Virus record (IMG/VR): IMGVR_UViG_3300014201_000017
Span: 1 to 37,126 of that record
Reading direction: 5' to 3' (one strand)
DNA length: 37,126 nt
Source: a virus
Taxonomy: Duplodnaviria > Caudoviricetes
The notes below the pieces were generated by a model, which saw nothing but the letters and a program-made list of their open reading frames with translations, made no database searches and was not told where the DNA came from. The translations under genes were made by a program, and so were the position numbers. Shown piece by piece: positions 1-6,987 of the stretch. How positions within the stretch are numbered: position 1 is the first letter of the stretch; every line of letters starts with the position of its first letter.

Positions 1-124
1 TAACTTGCGGAGTGGCAAGAAGACATATAAGAGTTTCGAGAGGTTCGCCATCCTTAAAGGCTTCGATCCTGATTAAAGGCTCATTTGAACCGAAATTTTT
101 TCCTATAATAAAGCGTAGATCCAT
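1..124 (-). CDS. Hypothetical protein, runs off the window edge (MDLRFIIGKNFGSNEPLIRIEAFKDG...)
   Basis: ATG at 124 downstream of AAAGAGG; frame stays open to the window edge; hand-translated. Confidence 0.45.
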   Translation of the reverse strand, partial: MDLRFIIGKNFGSNEPLIRIEAFKDGEPLETLICLLATPQV

Positions 125-125
125 T

Positions 126-326
126 TCACTCATCGCTGACCTCTTTAAAAAAATCAAGAAAATGTGGATGATTTATATATTCCCTGTACATATATTTCCA
201 CATATCACCGACACATGGCTTACAAAACTGTTCATATATTGGTCTTGAACCTGCATGGTATTTAATTATTTGTTGGTTAATTGAAATTTCCTTACCGCAA
301 CGCGGACACAAAGGAAGATCAATCAT
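126..326 (-). CDS. Small zinc-finger hypothetical protein
   Basis: CPRC...CKPC; start overlaps the end of the upstream gene and follows a GAGG RBS. Confidence 0.6.
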   Translation of the reverse strand: MIDLPLCPRCGKEISINQQIIKYHAGSRPIYEQFCKPCVGDMWKYMYREYINHPHFLDFFKEVSDE

Positions 327-540
327 CGCTCACCTCTTTAACATCAATCGCATCTTTTTCAGCAGTAAATGTTATTCCATCAGTCGTATAATAATGGGTT
401 TTATAAAGATTACTGTAATCACGATATCCACGAAATCTGGTTTGCCCTGTATCAAGATGTTGCATAAACAATCCTTCGCACATTTTATGAGGAACAACAG
501 AATAATCATATAGTTTTACAGCATCACTCTCCGTCATCAC
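319..540 (-). CDS. Hypothetical protein (true start probably the ATG at 524-region junction or internal; uncertain)
   Basis: ORF track; ends KEVSDD like its neighbour (KEVSDE). Confidence 0.5.
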   Translation of the reverse strand: MMTESDAVKLYDYSVVPHKMCEGLFMQHLDTGQTRFRGYRDYSNLYKTHYYTTDGITFTAEKDAIDVKEVSDD

Positions 541-787
541 CCATCCCCAGAATATCGACTTTAATATCGCGCTTCAGATAATTCAAAGCATCAATAGCTC
601 CCATACTGTAAACTTGCTCAACAGAATTATGGGGTATTTTTTTTAACGTTTCTTTTTCATCAAAAATTAAATCGTCAATCATGTCGATTACTGTCTGAAT
701 GTCACTATCACGCTTTGTGTTTATCTGAGTCATATTGTACAAAACCTTCTCCACCACACCAACAGCACAATGACATGTCACCGCCAT
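524..787 (-). CDS. Hypothetical protein; real start possibly ATG 682 (MIDDLIFDEK...), just downstream of site A
   Basis: ORF track; its 3' end is duplicated at the window end. Confidence 0.5.
   Translation of the reverse strand: MAVTCHCAVGVVEKVLYNMTQINTKRDSDIQTVIDMIDDLIFDEKETLKKIPHNSVEQVYSMGAIDALNYLKRDIKVDILGMGDDGE
534..636. repeat. 103-bp exact direct repeat, copy 1 (copy 2 = 37024-37126)
   Basis: Base-for-base identity TCATCACCCATCCCCAG...GAATTATGGGGTA. Confidence 0.97.
688..716 (-). repeat. Putative recombination site A (L arm intact, R arm degenerate)
   Basis: Minus strand AAAGCGTGATAG-tgacat-TCAGACAGTAA; the L arm contains the TGA stop of ORF 708..776. Confidence 0.55.
708..776 (-). 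CDS. Micro-ORF or fragment with a CxxCxGxG motif (MSLCCWCGGEGFVQYDSDKHKA)
   Basis: 3' part of track ORF 708..902, whose 5' part overlaps the tRNA; ends KA-TGA-TAG inside site A. Confidence 0.35.
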   Translation of the reverse strand: MSLCCWCGGEGFVQYDSDKHKA

Positions 788-819
788 CTATATCTTCAAC
801 TTTAATGTTAATAAAAACC

Positions 820-891
820 TGCCAGCAGACAGGAATCGAACCTGCGTCTCCCACGCTGCGGGTGGGACTCTGCCATTGAGTTACTGCTGGC
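820..891 (-). tRNA. tRNA-Cys(GCA)-like gene, atypical (possible pseudo-tRNA)
   Basis: Acceptor (G)CCAGCAG/CTGCTGG(C), D stem ACTC/GAGT, anticodon arm CCCAC-CCGCAGC-GTGGG, T arm GCAGG-TTCGATT-CCTGT; C at position 33; no encoded CCA. Confidence 0.75.
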
Positions 892-948
892 GTAAAAATC
901 ATGCAATATCACATGCCTCTTTGCATTTGTCGCATCTGGGGCAGATTG

Positions 949-1173
949 TCATTCGGCCTCCGGTGGCAACGGCATAGACATCCAGTGTGTTATACGCGGA
1001 TAATCTAACCTGAATTGATCATCATTTTCATGTATAAAAATACATGTATCGACTTCTGATCCATTATAGGCAATAACACTTTTTCCGAAAGGTGGAATTC
1101 TCTCACTACATTTCTGCCAGCCATCTTTGGACGGGAATTCTATGCCGGATTCTGTGCATGTTACAGTGGTCAT
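949..1173 (-). CDS. DUF551-family phage protein
   Basis: WQKCSERIP...ITHWMSMPLPP signature. Confidence 0.85.
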   Translation of the reverse strand: MTTVTCTESGIEFPSKDGWQKCSERIPPFGKSVIAYNGSEVDTCIFIHENDDQFRLDYPRITHWMSMPLPPEAE

Positions 1174-1174
1174 T

Positions 1175-1249
1175 TCATCTCTCCATCATCCCTTCATATT
1201 TACCCCGGAAAACCAACACTCTTTGATATTCTTTTGGTAATTTATCCTC
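1175..1249 (-). pseudogene. 5'-truncated DUF551-like remnant (EDKLPKEYQRVLVFRGKYEGMMER)
   Basis: EDKLP...RVLV resembles the DUF551 N-terminal motif; no start codon; begins exactly at the outer edge of site B. Confidence 0.55.
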
Positions 1250-1273
1250 AAGCGCGATAGGTTATTTTTTGTC
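1250..1273 (+). repeat. Putative recombination site B
   Basis: AAGCGCGATAG-gttatt-TTTTGTC; 23/24 identical to 2639-2662. Confidence 0.7.
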
Positions 1274-1577
1274 AATTAGTCCAAATTACCTCTTTTGAGG
1301 TTCCGGTAGTTGATCTTGCATGACATAAGCCATCAAAAGGCATCCAGCAAGCACCTTTGTTTTCACAAACTATTATCTGACCTTTCCTAAAATAACAAAA
1401 ATTTGCAAGATTTTTGTAATCTAAATCATTAAATTTATAATGTCTTCCTGCTTCTTCATAGGGCGGATCAATAAACCATGTTGCCTCTTTATTTTCAATT
1501 TCTTCATAATTTTTATTATATATTTTCCAAATGTCTTTTAAATCATCAATTTTCATTTTATCAATATCTAAGTTCAT
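1272..1577 (-). pseudogene. C-terminal half of an N6-adenine DNA methyltransferase (Dam/D12-like)
   Basis: WFIDPPY catalytic motif and GQIIVCEN; no SAM-binding motif I; ATG 1577 has a GGAG RBS. Confidence 0.7.
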
Positions 1578-1599
1578 AAATTCTCCAAAAACCACATTC

Positions 1600-1631
1600 A
1601 AAAAGCGCGATAGGTGTCACTATCAGTCATT
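1600..1631 (+). repeat. Putative recombination site C (complete)
   Basis: AAAGCGCGATAG-gtgtca-CTATCAGTCATT; GATAG/CTATC inverted core around a 6-bp spacer. Confidence 0.75.
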
Positions 1632-1641
1632 GAATAATATT

Positions 1642-1785
1642 TTACCCGGACCCGTCCCCGGACCCGGACCCGGACCCGTACCCGGACCCGTACCCGTACC
1701 CGGACCCGTACCCGTACCCGGACCCGTCCCCGTCCCCGGACCCGTACCCGGACCCGTACCCGGAAGCCTTTTTTATTCTTCCCAT
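1642..1785 (-). CDS. 47-aa Gly-X repeat microprotein (MGRIKKASGYGSGYGSGDGDGSGYGYG...)
   Basis: ATG 1785 overlaps the end of the upstream gene; GGG codons alternate with TAC/TCC/GAC; TAA at 1642-1644; missed by the ORF track. Confidence 0.8.
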   Translation of the reverse strand: MGRIKKASGYGSGYGSGDGDGSGYGYGSGYGYGSGYGSGSGSGDGSG

Positions 1786-2138
1786 ACAGGCACCTTTGCT
1801 ATTGATTTTCGGGCTACTTCAGTGCAATCCAGAATCTCAACTGCTTCCAGTAATTCCACTTGATCAACTTCGCATGGAAACTTGCATGTGCCGGGTTTTT
1901 TTACGCCCTCCATCGCAAGCTGGGATAATGATGCAGCACCATCCCAATACCATAATCTTCTGGCTTTATGCAGAACGACTTCACGTCCATTTCGTGACTG
2001 GATTTCACCAGCAAACACACCTGCAGAATAAGTGCGCACGATGACATATCGTCCGTTTTCCTTTTTTTCCATATTTTCATTTCCTGAAAACATCTGCAGC
2101 AGTTTGCATATGTCCTTCAGTTTCATTTCGTCTAGCAT
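1773..2138 (-). CDS. Conserved phage protein (DUF6948-like, Sm/SH3-like), typical partner of Gly-repeat ORFs
   Basis: YVIVRTYSAGVFAG...ARRLWYWDGAASLSQLAMEG motif. Confidence 0.8.
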   Translation of the reverse strand: MLDEMKLKDICKLLQMFSGNENMEKKENGRYVIVRTYSAGVFAGEIQSRNGREVVLHKARRLWYWDGAASLSQLAMEGVKKPGTCKFPCEVDQVELLEAVEILDCTEVARKSIAKVPVWEE

Positions 2139-2166
2139 ATTTCTTCTCCCGTTGTTTTAAATATTT

Positions 2167-2424
2167 TCATCCACAAAAAAACAAAGCTCCAAATAACGCA
2201 AAATACACGGATTCAAAAGCAGTCATCTGTCTTTTCCCTTCTCGTTTTGTTGTCTCAAATGTTTTATTTCCAGCATAAAAATAATATCCATGATAAAATT
2301 TTGTTCCATCAAAAATATAACAACACAGATAAGTACCGTTACTGTCCGGCATCCGCTCGCTGCATTTCTGCCAGCCGTCTTTGGACGGGAATTCGATGCC
2401 GCTGTGTTCGCAGGTCAGTTTCAT
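2167..2424 (-). CDS. DUF551-like protein with a replaced, hydrophobic C-terminus
   Basis: N-terminus SGIEFPSKDGWQKCSER is identical to that of 949..1173; lacks THWM; ends VYFALFGALFFCG. Confidence 0.65.
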   Translation of the reverse strand: MKLTCEHSGIEFPSKDGWQKCSERMPDSNGTYLCCYIFDGTKFYHGYYFYAGNKTFETTKREGKRQMTAFESVYFALFGALFFCG

Positions 2425-2426
2425 TT

Positions 2427-2612
2427 TTATCCTATCATCTTCAAAAAAGATTCCAGCATCTCTCGCGGTATCCTGATTGTGATGCCTTCGTCCGATCCAT
2501 ATATCTCGCCTACAATCACATCCTCGTTTCCCAGATACTTCAGGTATTTTTTTAAGGTGCCATTTTCGTATTGGTATTCGAATTCCACGAAATAGGATAC
2601 TGGGTCAGACAT
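2427..2612 (-). CDS. Hypothetical protein
   Basis: GGAG RBS plus ATG directly after site D. Confidence 0.65.
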   Translation of the reverse strand: MSDPVSYFVEFEYQYENGTLKKYLKYLGNEDVIVGEIYGSDEGITIRIPREMLESFLKMIG

Positions 2613-2635
2613 TATATTTACTCCGAAATATGATT

Positions 2636-2662
2636 AAAAAGCGCGACAGGTTATTTTTTGTC
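2636..2662 (+). repeat. Putative recombination site D
   Basis: AAAAAGCGCGACAG-gttatt-TTTTGTC; the spacer contains the TAA stop of the upstream minus-strand ORF. Confidence 0.7.
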
Positions 2663-2908
2663 CTTCCAATCTCCGAACGATATTCTATTCTCATCTTCTT
2701 CAAAATAAAGCACCTTGATACTTCTTCTTGATAGATTAAAATGTCCACATATTCTGACAGCCTGATCGTATGTTTTGTATCCAATCTGTCGTGGTTTGTA
2801 ATTGTGTGGAAATTTAACCACATAAATCAGCATTACTTCCCCACCATATGTAAAAGACACATCATACTGACTCCTGAAAATGCTGTTATAAACCCCAGAG
2901 AAGCACAT
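2651..2908 (-). CDS. Hypothetical protein (likely start at the internal MLIYVVKF)
   Basis: ORF track; the stop codon lies in site D. Confidence 0.5.
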   Translation of the reverse strand: MCFSGVYNSIFRSQYDVSFTYGGEVMLIYVVKFPHNYKPRQIGYKTYDQAVRICGHFNLSRRSIKVLYFEEDENRISFGDWKDKK

Positions 2909-2942
2909 ACTATATTTTTAAATGTTTGGTCATCAGACATCA

Positions 2943-3368
2943 TCATTCAGGCTCCTTCCCATTCCGCCAGTTTATGTCAGGCTCGACAGATATGTTATTA
3001 ACTATTTTTTGTTCTCCGCGCTCATGTTTTTCAAGATCTACTAATCTAGCCAGTATCGGATTCAGCGCCTCGTACAGGTCGGACATGGAGACGCCGGATT
3101 TATCATCAAGTGCATCAAGCCTTATTGTATTCTTCTCAAACATCTTCTCCCATGTATTTGATAATGGCCGCCACATATCATTGAGTTCATCGACTCTTTC
3201 TTGACAGTCAGTGATTACGCCTTCATGGTCTGCCAGAATCTTTTCGGCAGCATGCATGCGCCTCTCGAGTTCAGTCAGACTTACAGTATGCGATGTATCA
3301 GGGCGCACACTTTTACCGCACCAACATCTCGGCATGTGACAATCAGTCATAATGATTTTCCGATTCAA
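2943..3368 (-). CDS. Hypothetical coiled-coil protein
   Basis: ORF track; heptad-like composition. Confidence 0.6.
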   Translation of the reverse strand: MNRKIIMTDCHMPRCWCGKSVRPDTSHTVSLTELERRMHAAEKILADHEGVITDCQERVDELNDMWRPLSNTWEKMFEKNTIRLDALDDKSGVSMSDLYEALNPILARLVDLEKHERGEQKIVNNISVEPDINWRNGKEPE

Positions 3369-3491
3369 GAGTTATATGAATACCGTTATTTGCCAAACGA
3401 CTAAAATCCTTTGCTATTTCTGCTATGTGAGCAGTCAGGATCAGCATGATCAGCAGAAGTATTGTCTTTAATGTTGCGTCAATAACATCCA

Positions 3492-3626
3492 TTATATTTC
3501 CCCTCTTTCCGCTTTCAATATCCTGACCGTCGCAATACATTCATGCAGCTGTCTTAATGCGGCATTTATATCATGCTTTTCAAGGCTTTTGTCAATTTCA
3601 ACAAGAGATTCAATTAAAAAATCCAT
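3492..3626 (-). CDS. 44-aa hypothetical protein (MDFLIESLVEIDKSLEK...)
   Basis: Hand-translated; its stop overlaps the next ATG. Confidence 0.4.
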   Translation of the reverse strand: MDFLIESLVEIDKSLEKHDINAALRQLHECIATVRILKAERGEI

Positions 3627-3636
3627 AAAGAAAGGA

Positions 3637-3822
3637 TCATTCTTTATCTTTTCGGGTTCCATTTTTGCTTCTCCTTCTCCGGACTTTTGTTATTGATTCT
3701 GAATAAATGACGTATTGAATCCCCACCATCTTTCCCTTCAGCAAGCCCTGTCTGATCAGCCGTCTGATCTGAGATTTGGAAAGCCCGGTCTTCTCAGAAA
3801 CATCTTTTACGCTCATCAGCAT
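3637..3822 (-). CDS. Excisionase-like / MerR-type helix-turn-helix DNA-binding protein
   Basis: MSVKDVSEKTGLSKSQIRRLIRQGLLKG..VG..YVI pattern. Confidence 0.85.
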   Translation of the reverse strand: MLMSVKDVSEKTGLSKSQIRRLIRQGLLKGKMVGIQYVIYSESITKVRRRRSKNGTRKDKE

Positions 3823-3894
3823 TTGTTGATTCCTGCGTGTTATATGTTTATACTTGGCCTGTTTATCTCCCTTGAGATAGATGGTTCAGACACT

Positions 3895-3927
3895 AGCCGC
3901 CCTCCCAACGGGGCGGCTTCTTTGTTT
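3895..3927. terminator. GC-rich hairpin, possible intrinsic terminator (U-tract on the + strand)
   Basis: AGCCGCCC-tcccaacg-GGGCGGCT followed by TCTTTGTTT. Confidence 0.6.
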
Positions 3928-4075
3928 ATGATACTTCCCATAAATGTTCAGGATCTGGGATAAAAACCATTGATTCAGCCTGACCTTCCGTCCATGCATT
4001 AAGAACCCAGCCGCCGATTACTTTTGCTCTGCAAGTGGTTTCTCCGATTTTTTCCCAGTCAAATTTTATTCTCAT
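3926..4075 (-). CDS. 49-aa phage microprotein (MRIKFDWEKIGETTCRAKVIGGWVL...SMVFIPDPEHLW)
   Basis: Hand-translated; coupled to the upstream stop; RAKV.GGW...FIPD pattern seen in small phage proteins. Confidence 0.7.
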   Translation of the reverse strand: MRIKFDWEKIGETTCRAKVIGGWVLNAWTEGQAESMVFIPDPEHLWEVS

Positions 4076-4077
4076 TA

Positions 4078-4932
4078 TTATCTTAACTCCGTTGTTTGTA
4101 CTTCTACCTGATGGCTCAATCTTGGCTTGGCTTTCTCTGCCAGCAGGGCATTGACATGATCTGATGCGCTCACATTTTCTTCTTTCTGAATCTGAAACAC
4201 ATCATCGACTGAAATCATTTTATCTTTGATTGCTGTACCGACTCCAATCAACGATCTAAGGTCATCTGCTGTAATATCATTAAGCGTTGGACGCTCATAA
4301 TATTCCAGAATCATTTCTTTATCGATCCCCATTTTTGCCAGTTTGTCGAATACTTCTTTTACTTTCACGAGCAATGAAGATGATTTTGTATCGCCAACGG
4401 AAGCCACCATGGCCTTTTCATATATACGGTTTACCAAAGCCTTCGGAATAACCTTGAAGATAGCGTTGCGTAAAGCCTTGGCGCTGGCAGCATTGCTCAG
4501 CATTGTCTGCATATCAGCATTTGCTGTATAACCACCCTTACCGCCTTTCTGTCCGAATATAATACTAACTTTATTCTGCATTGCGATCTTGACATTTTTC
4601 TCTAGATCCCAGCAAACGCCTTCTGCTGTAATATGTCGACCATCATTTTCAACAATTCTGGTGGCGGCGTGAATATTTCCCCAGCTTGAAATCATTATCT
4701 CTGCCAATCGTATTGATGGCCCTTTGATTTCAATCTTGACTCCATCCTTGTCTTTGCGAGGAAGAACATAAAAACAGCTTTGTGCAGTTTCTTCATCTAT
4801 TGTTGCAAGGACTTCAGCTTCAGAAATTGCCTGTTTAACATCTCTGGGATAAGCCTTGGCGGTTGAAATCATCACATCAATCTCTGCACGTGCAATCATG
4901 CCATTATCTTGAATCATCAATTCCTGAGTCAT
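4078..4932 (-). CDS. Putative single-strand annealing / recombination protein
   Basis: Adjacent to a RecE-like exonuclease; AKAYPRD...GPSIRLAE...WGN...ALRNAI pattern; function inferred from synteny. Confidence 0.6.
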   Translation of the reverse strand: MTQELMIQDNGMIARAEIDVMISTAKAYPRDVKQAISEAEVLATIDEETAQSCFYVLPRKDKDGVKIEIKGPSIRLAEIMISSWGNIHAATRIVENDGRHITAEGVCWDLEKNVKIAMQNKVSIIFGQKGGKGGYTANADMQTMLSNAASAKALRNAIFKVIPKALVNRIYEKAMVASVGDTKSSSLLVKVKEVFDKLAKMGIDKEMILEYYERPTLNDITADDLRSLIGVGTAIKDKMISVDDVFQIQKEENVSASDHVNALLAEKAKPRLSHQVEVQTTELR

Positions 4933-4986
4933 TTTGTTTCCTCGTTAATAGGTTTAATCCGCACCTTTATTGAACCTGTAGCATAC

Positions 4987-5099
4987 TGGTGGCAATCGAC
5001 CGGACTTCAACCGGATAATTTGCGAGAAACCCCTCTCCTTTTATCTCGCGTCAGGAGTCGCTTCTAGGGTGCGGCACTGCTCCGCCGCCCGCGATTGCC
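4987..5099 (-). ncRNA. 113-nt tRNA-like RNA with an 8-bp acceptor stem, T arm and encoded ACCA, but no canonical D or anticodon arms
   Basis: GGCAATCG.../...CGATTGCC-ACCA; CCGG-TTGAAGT-CCGG; internal hairpins GCGGC/GCCGC and GCGAGA/TCTCGC. Confidence 0.7.
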
Positions 5100-5104
5100 A
5101 TAAA

Positions 5105-5914
5105 CTATAAATTCACCGCCCAATTAGGAAGCCCAAGTGTCTGGGTTTCATGTCCGGGCCATATATCCGTTTCATAACAATTTTTCATTTCAGCCAGAAC
5201 CCTTCTTAAAGTGCTATGCGCGGATTCGAGCGCAGTTTCGTCAAGTATATATACGGCAACGAGAAAAGGAAAGGTTTTTTCGACACAAACAAACACGTGG
5301 TTTATGATGTCGTTTCCAGTGGCCGCCCTGATACCTTCCCGATTAAATGCCGCCTGCAAATGATAGCCATGAGCGACCATGGCATTCTGGAAAGTCCGAG
5401 GATCTGCACTGCTTATAGTCTTTAGATCGACAGTCATATTGGCATGCCAGCAATCCGGGCGAGTCTTGAGTCCTAAACCTGTATCTTGATCATTCCAGAA
5501 TATCGAATTCTCATATCGAGCATTTGATATTAATTCCCACGCCTGAGAATGTTTATAAACGCTTTGTTGCATGGCTAATAACGTATCAAACTGATTTTTT
5601 GTAATCATGGTTTTTCCATGATGTGTTTCCTGAAAAATTTGATAGGTTTCCTTTCCTGCTTTAGTCCTTCTATCAATTTCAGGAATAATTGCATATTCCT
5701 TGTCAAATTTATCTGGCTCCAGGACAATGGTATGAAAAGCTGATCCAAAAGCCATTGCGTCTGTGGTTATTTTCTCAGGTGCTTTTGGATTATGATAAGC
5801 ATTCCAGTAATGTGCTGGAGACTTCATAAATTCTACAATCCCGGATCGGCTTGTTGATCCTTTATGATTATGATAATCATCATTTGACATATTTTCGTAA
5901 ACTATAGCGCCCAT
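5105..5914 (-). CDS. RecE/exonuclease VIII-like PD-(D/E)XK nuclease (DUF3799-like)
   Basis: GSAFHTIVLEP, YENSIFW, KTRPD, VDLKT, YHLQAA motifs. Confidence 0.9.
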   Translation of the reverse strand: MGAIVYENMSNDDYHNHKGSTSRSGIVEFMKSPAHYWNAYHNPKAPEKITTDAMAFGSAFHTIVLEPDKFDKEYAIIPEIDRRTKAGKETYQIFQETHHGKTMITKNQFDTLLAMQQSVYKHSQAWELISNARYENSIFWNDQDTGLGLKTRPDCWHANMTVDLKTISSADPRTFQNAMVAHGYHLQAAFNREGIRAATGNDIINHVFVCVEKTFPFLVAVYILDETALESAHSTLRRVLAEMKNCYETDIWPGHETQTLGLPNWAVNL

Positions 5915-5924
5915 AACTTAGTTC

Positions 5925-6740
5925 CTAATCATTTAATATTCTTTTGATAAGATAATGCGGCAATAATACTTGAATTCCATCAATTATCATTAATATACCT
6001 TCTCCGTGAGGGTCTTTTGCAAACAAGTAATCTTTATTCATGAAAGTTAAAATATGCCATATCGTCCCGTCAGATGTTTGTGGGATTGAGGGTTCTGCTA
6101 TATCTTTCTTGATTTCTTCTTGAATCTTCTCTATATGATCATCAAGATTTTTTTGCCTAAGTTTTTGTGCTTCTTCTGCTTCTCTATCCTGTATTTTCTG
6201 CGCTAATAGTTTTAACTCAACCGCCTTTGCTTCCTGTTGTCTTGCAATTTCTGCTTGCTCGGCGCGTTGGGCATCAAGACGCGCTTGTTCCTCTTTTCTG
6301 ATTGCATCAAGCCTGGCTTGTTCTGCTTTTCGTGCTTCCTCCTCAATTCTGAGTTTTTCTTTACGATCTGCTTCAGCTTTTTCAAATTCAGCGCGTTTAA
6401 TTGCTTCAATTTCATTTAAATAATCTTTTTCCAATGTTTCTAAATATTTCTCGGTAGGCACTAACATATCGGTTAAGCGTTTTGCTTCCGCATTAATGCT
6501 GCGCTGCCATTTTAACGCATCTTCGTTTAATTCTTTGCGCTTTTTATCAATATTAACCCGATAATTTTTCATTTCTAAACGTGCAGTGCGCACCAATCTA
6601 TACCCTTCTTTATCATCAATTCCTTTAATTGTCAGATTGCCAAACTTTACTGATAATTGAGCAATTTCAGAATCAACAACGTTAAATTTAACTAATTGTG
6701 ATTTAATAAAACTATCTTCCATTATCCAATCCTCCGCCAT
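5925..6740 (-). CDS. Coiled-coil recombination-module protein (DUF1351-like)
   Basis: IDKKRKEL...INAEAKRL motif, long E/A/R-rich helix, position upstream of the exonuclease. Confidence 0.65.
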   Translation of the reverse strand: MAEDWIMEDSFIKSQLVKFNVVDSEIAQLSVKFGNLTIKGIDDKEGYRLVRTARLEMKNYRVNIDKKRKELNEDALKWQRSINAEAKRLTDMLVPTEKYLETLEKDYLNEIEAIKRAEFEKAEADRKEKLRIEEEARKAEQARLDAIRKEEQARLDAQRAEQAEIARQQEAKAVELKLLAQKIQDREAEEAQKLRQKNLDDHIEKIQEEIKKDIAEPSIPQTSDGTIWHILTFMNKDYLFAKDPHGEGILMIIDGIQVLLPHYLIKRILND

Positions 6741-6826
6741 GGTATATCTTTCCCGTGTTTACAGTAATGACAATAATGATCCGCGCTGATGGCTCCACAT
6801 TTTGGACATCGAAATTGAACCGGCAT
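6722..6826 (-). CDS. 34-aa zinc-ribbon microprotein (MPVQFRCPKCGAISADHYCHYCKHG...)
   Basis: Hand-translated; CPKC...CHYC; TAATG coupling at both ends. Confidence 0.55.
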   Translation of the reverse strand: MPVQFRCPKCGAISADHYCHYCKHGKDIPWRRIG

Positions 6827-6987
6827 TATATAGTTACCTTCTCAATAGTCCTGAATTTTTCACCCTCTTTTTTCCTCATGTCGTATCGCCTGCTCTGGAT
6901 TGCATTTTCAAGAACGCTCAGTTCAAGATAATCAAGAATATTTATAAGACCGGTGATTTGTTCTATTACTTCAATAGGGGTAGTCAT
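6826..6987 (-). CDS. 53-aa microprotein, paralog 1
   Basis: MTTPIEVIEQITGLINILDYLELSVLENAIQSRRYDMRKKEGEKFRTIEKVTI; homologous to 7858..8019. Confidence 0.85.
   Translation of the reverse strand: MTTPIEVIEQITGLINILDYLELSVLENAIQSRRYDMRKKEGEKFRTIEKVTI

Noticed and set aside
110-140. Possible additional recombination site (AAAGCGTAGAT)
   Set aside because: Matches only the outer part of the arm and lacks the ATAG-N6-CTAT core
534-636. Genuine direct terminal repeat of the virion DNA
   Set aside because: The first copy is internal (starts at 534, not 1) and lies within a gene; assembly overlap or duplication is more likely
1531-1863. + strand PGPVP-repeat ORF in the track
   Set aside because: Shadow of the minus-strand Gly-X gene; all neighbours are on the minus strand and only that frame is translationally coupled
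1250-2662. Integron attC sites (TAAC after a stop codon)
   Set aside because: No long imperfect hairpin ending in GTTRRRY and no IntI gene; the motif is a compact ~30-bp site
688-2662. CRISPR or mini-CRISPR array
   Set aside because: Repeats are hundreds of bp apart, separated by genes and in mixed orientation; no cas genes
3637-3822. Evidence of an integration module
   Set aside because: The excisionase-like HTH has no neighbouring integrase or att-like host sequence in the window
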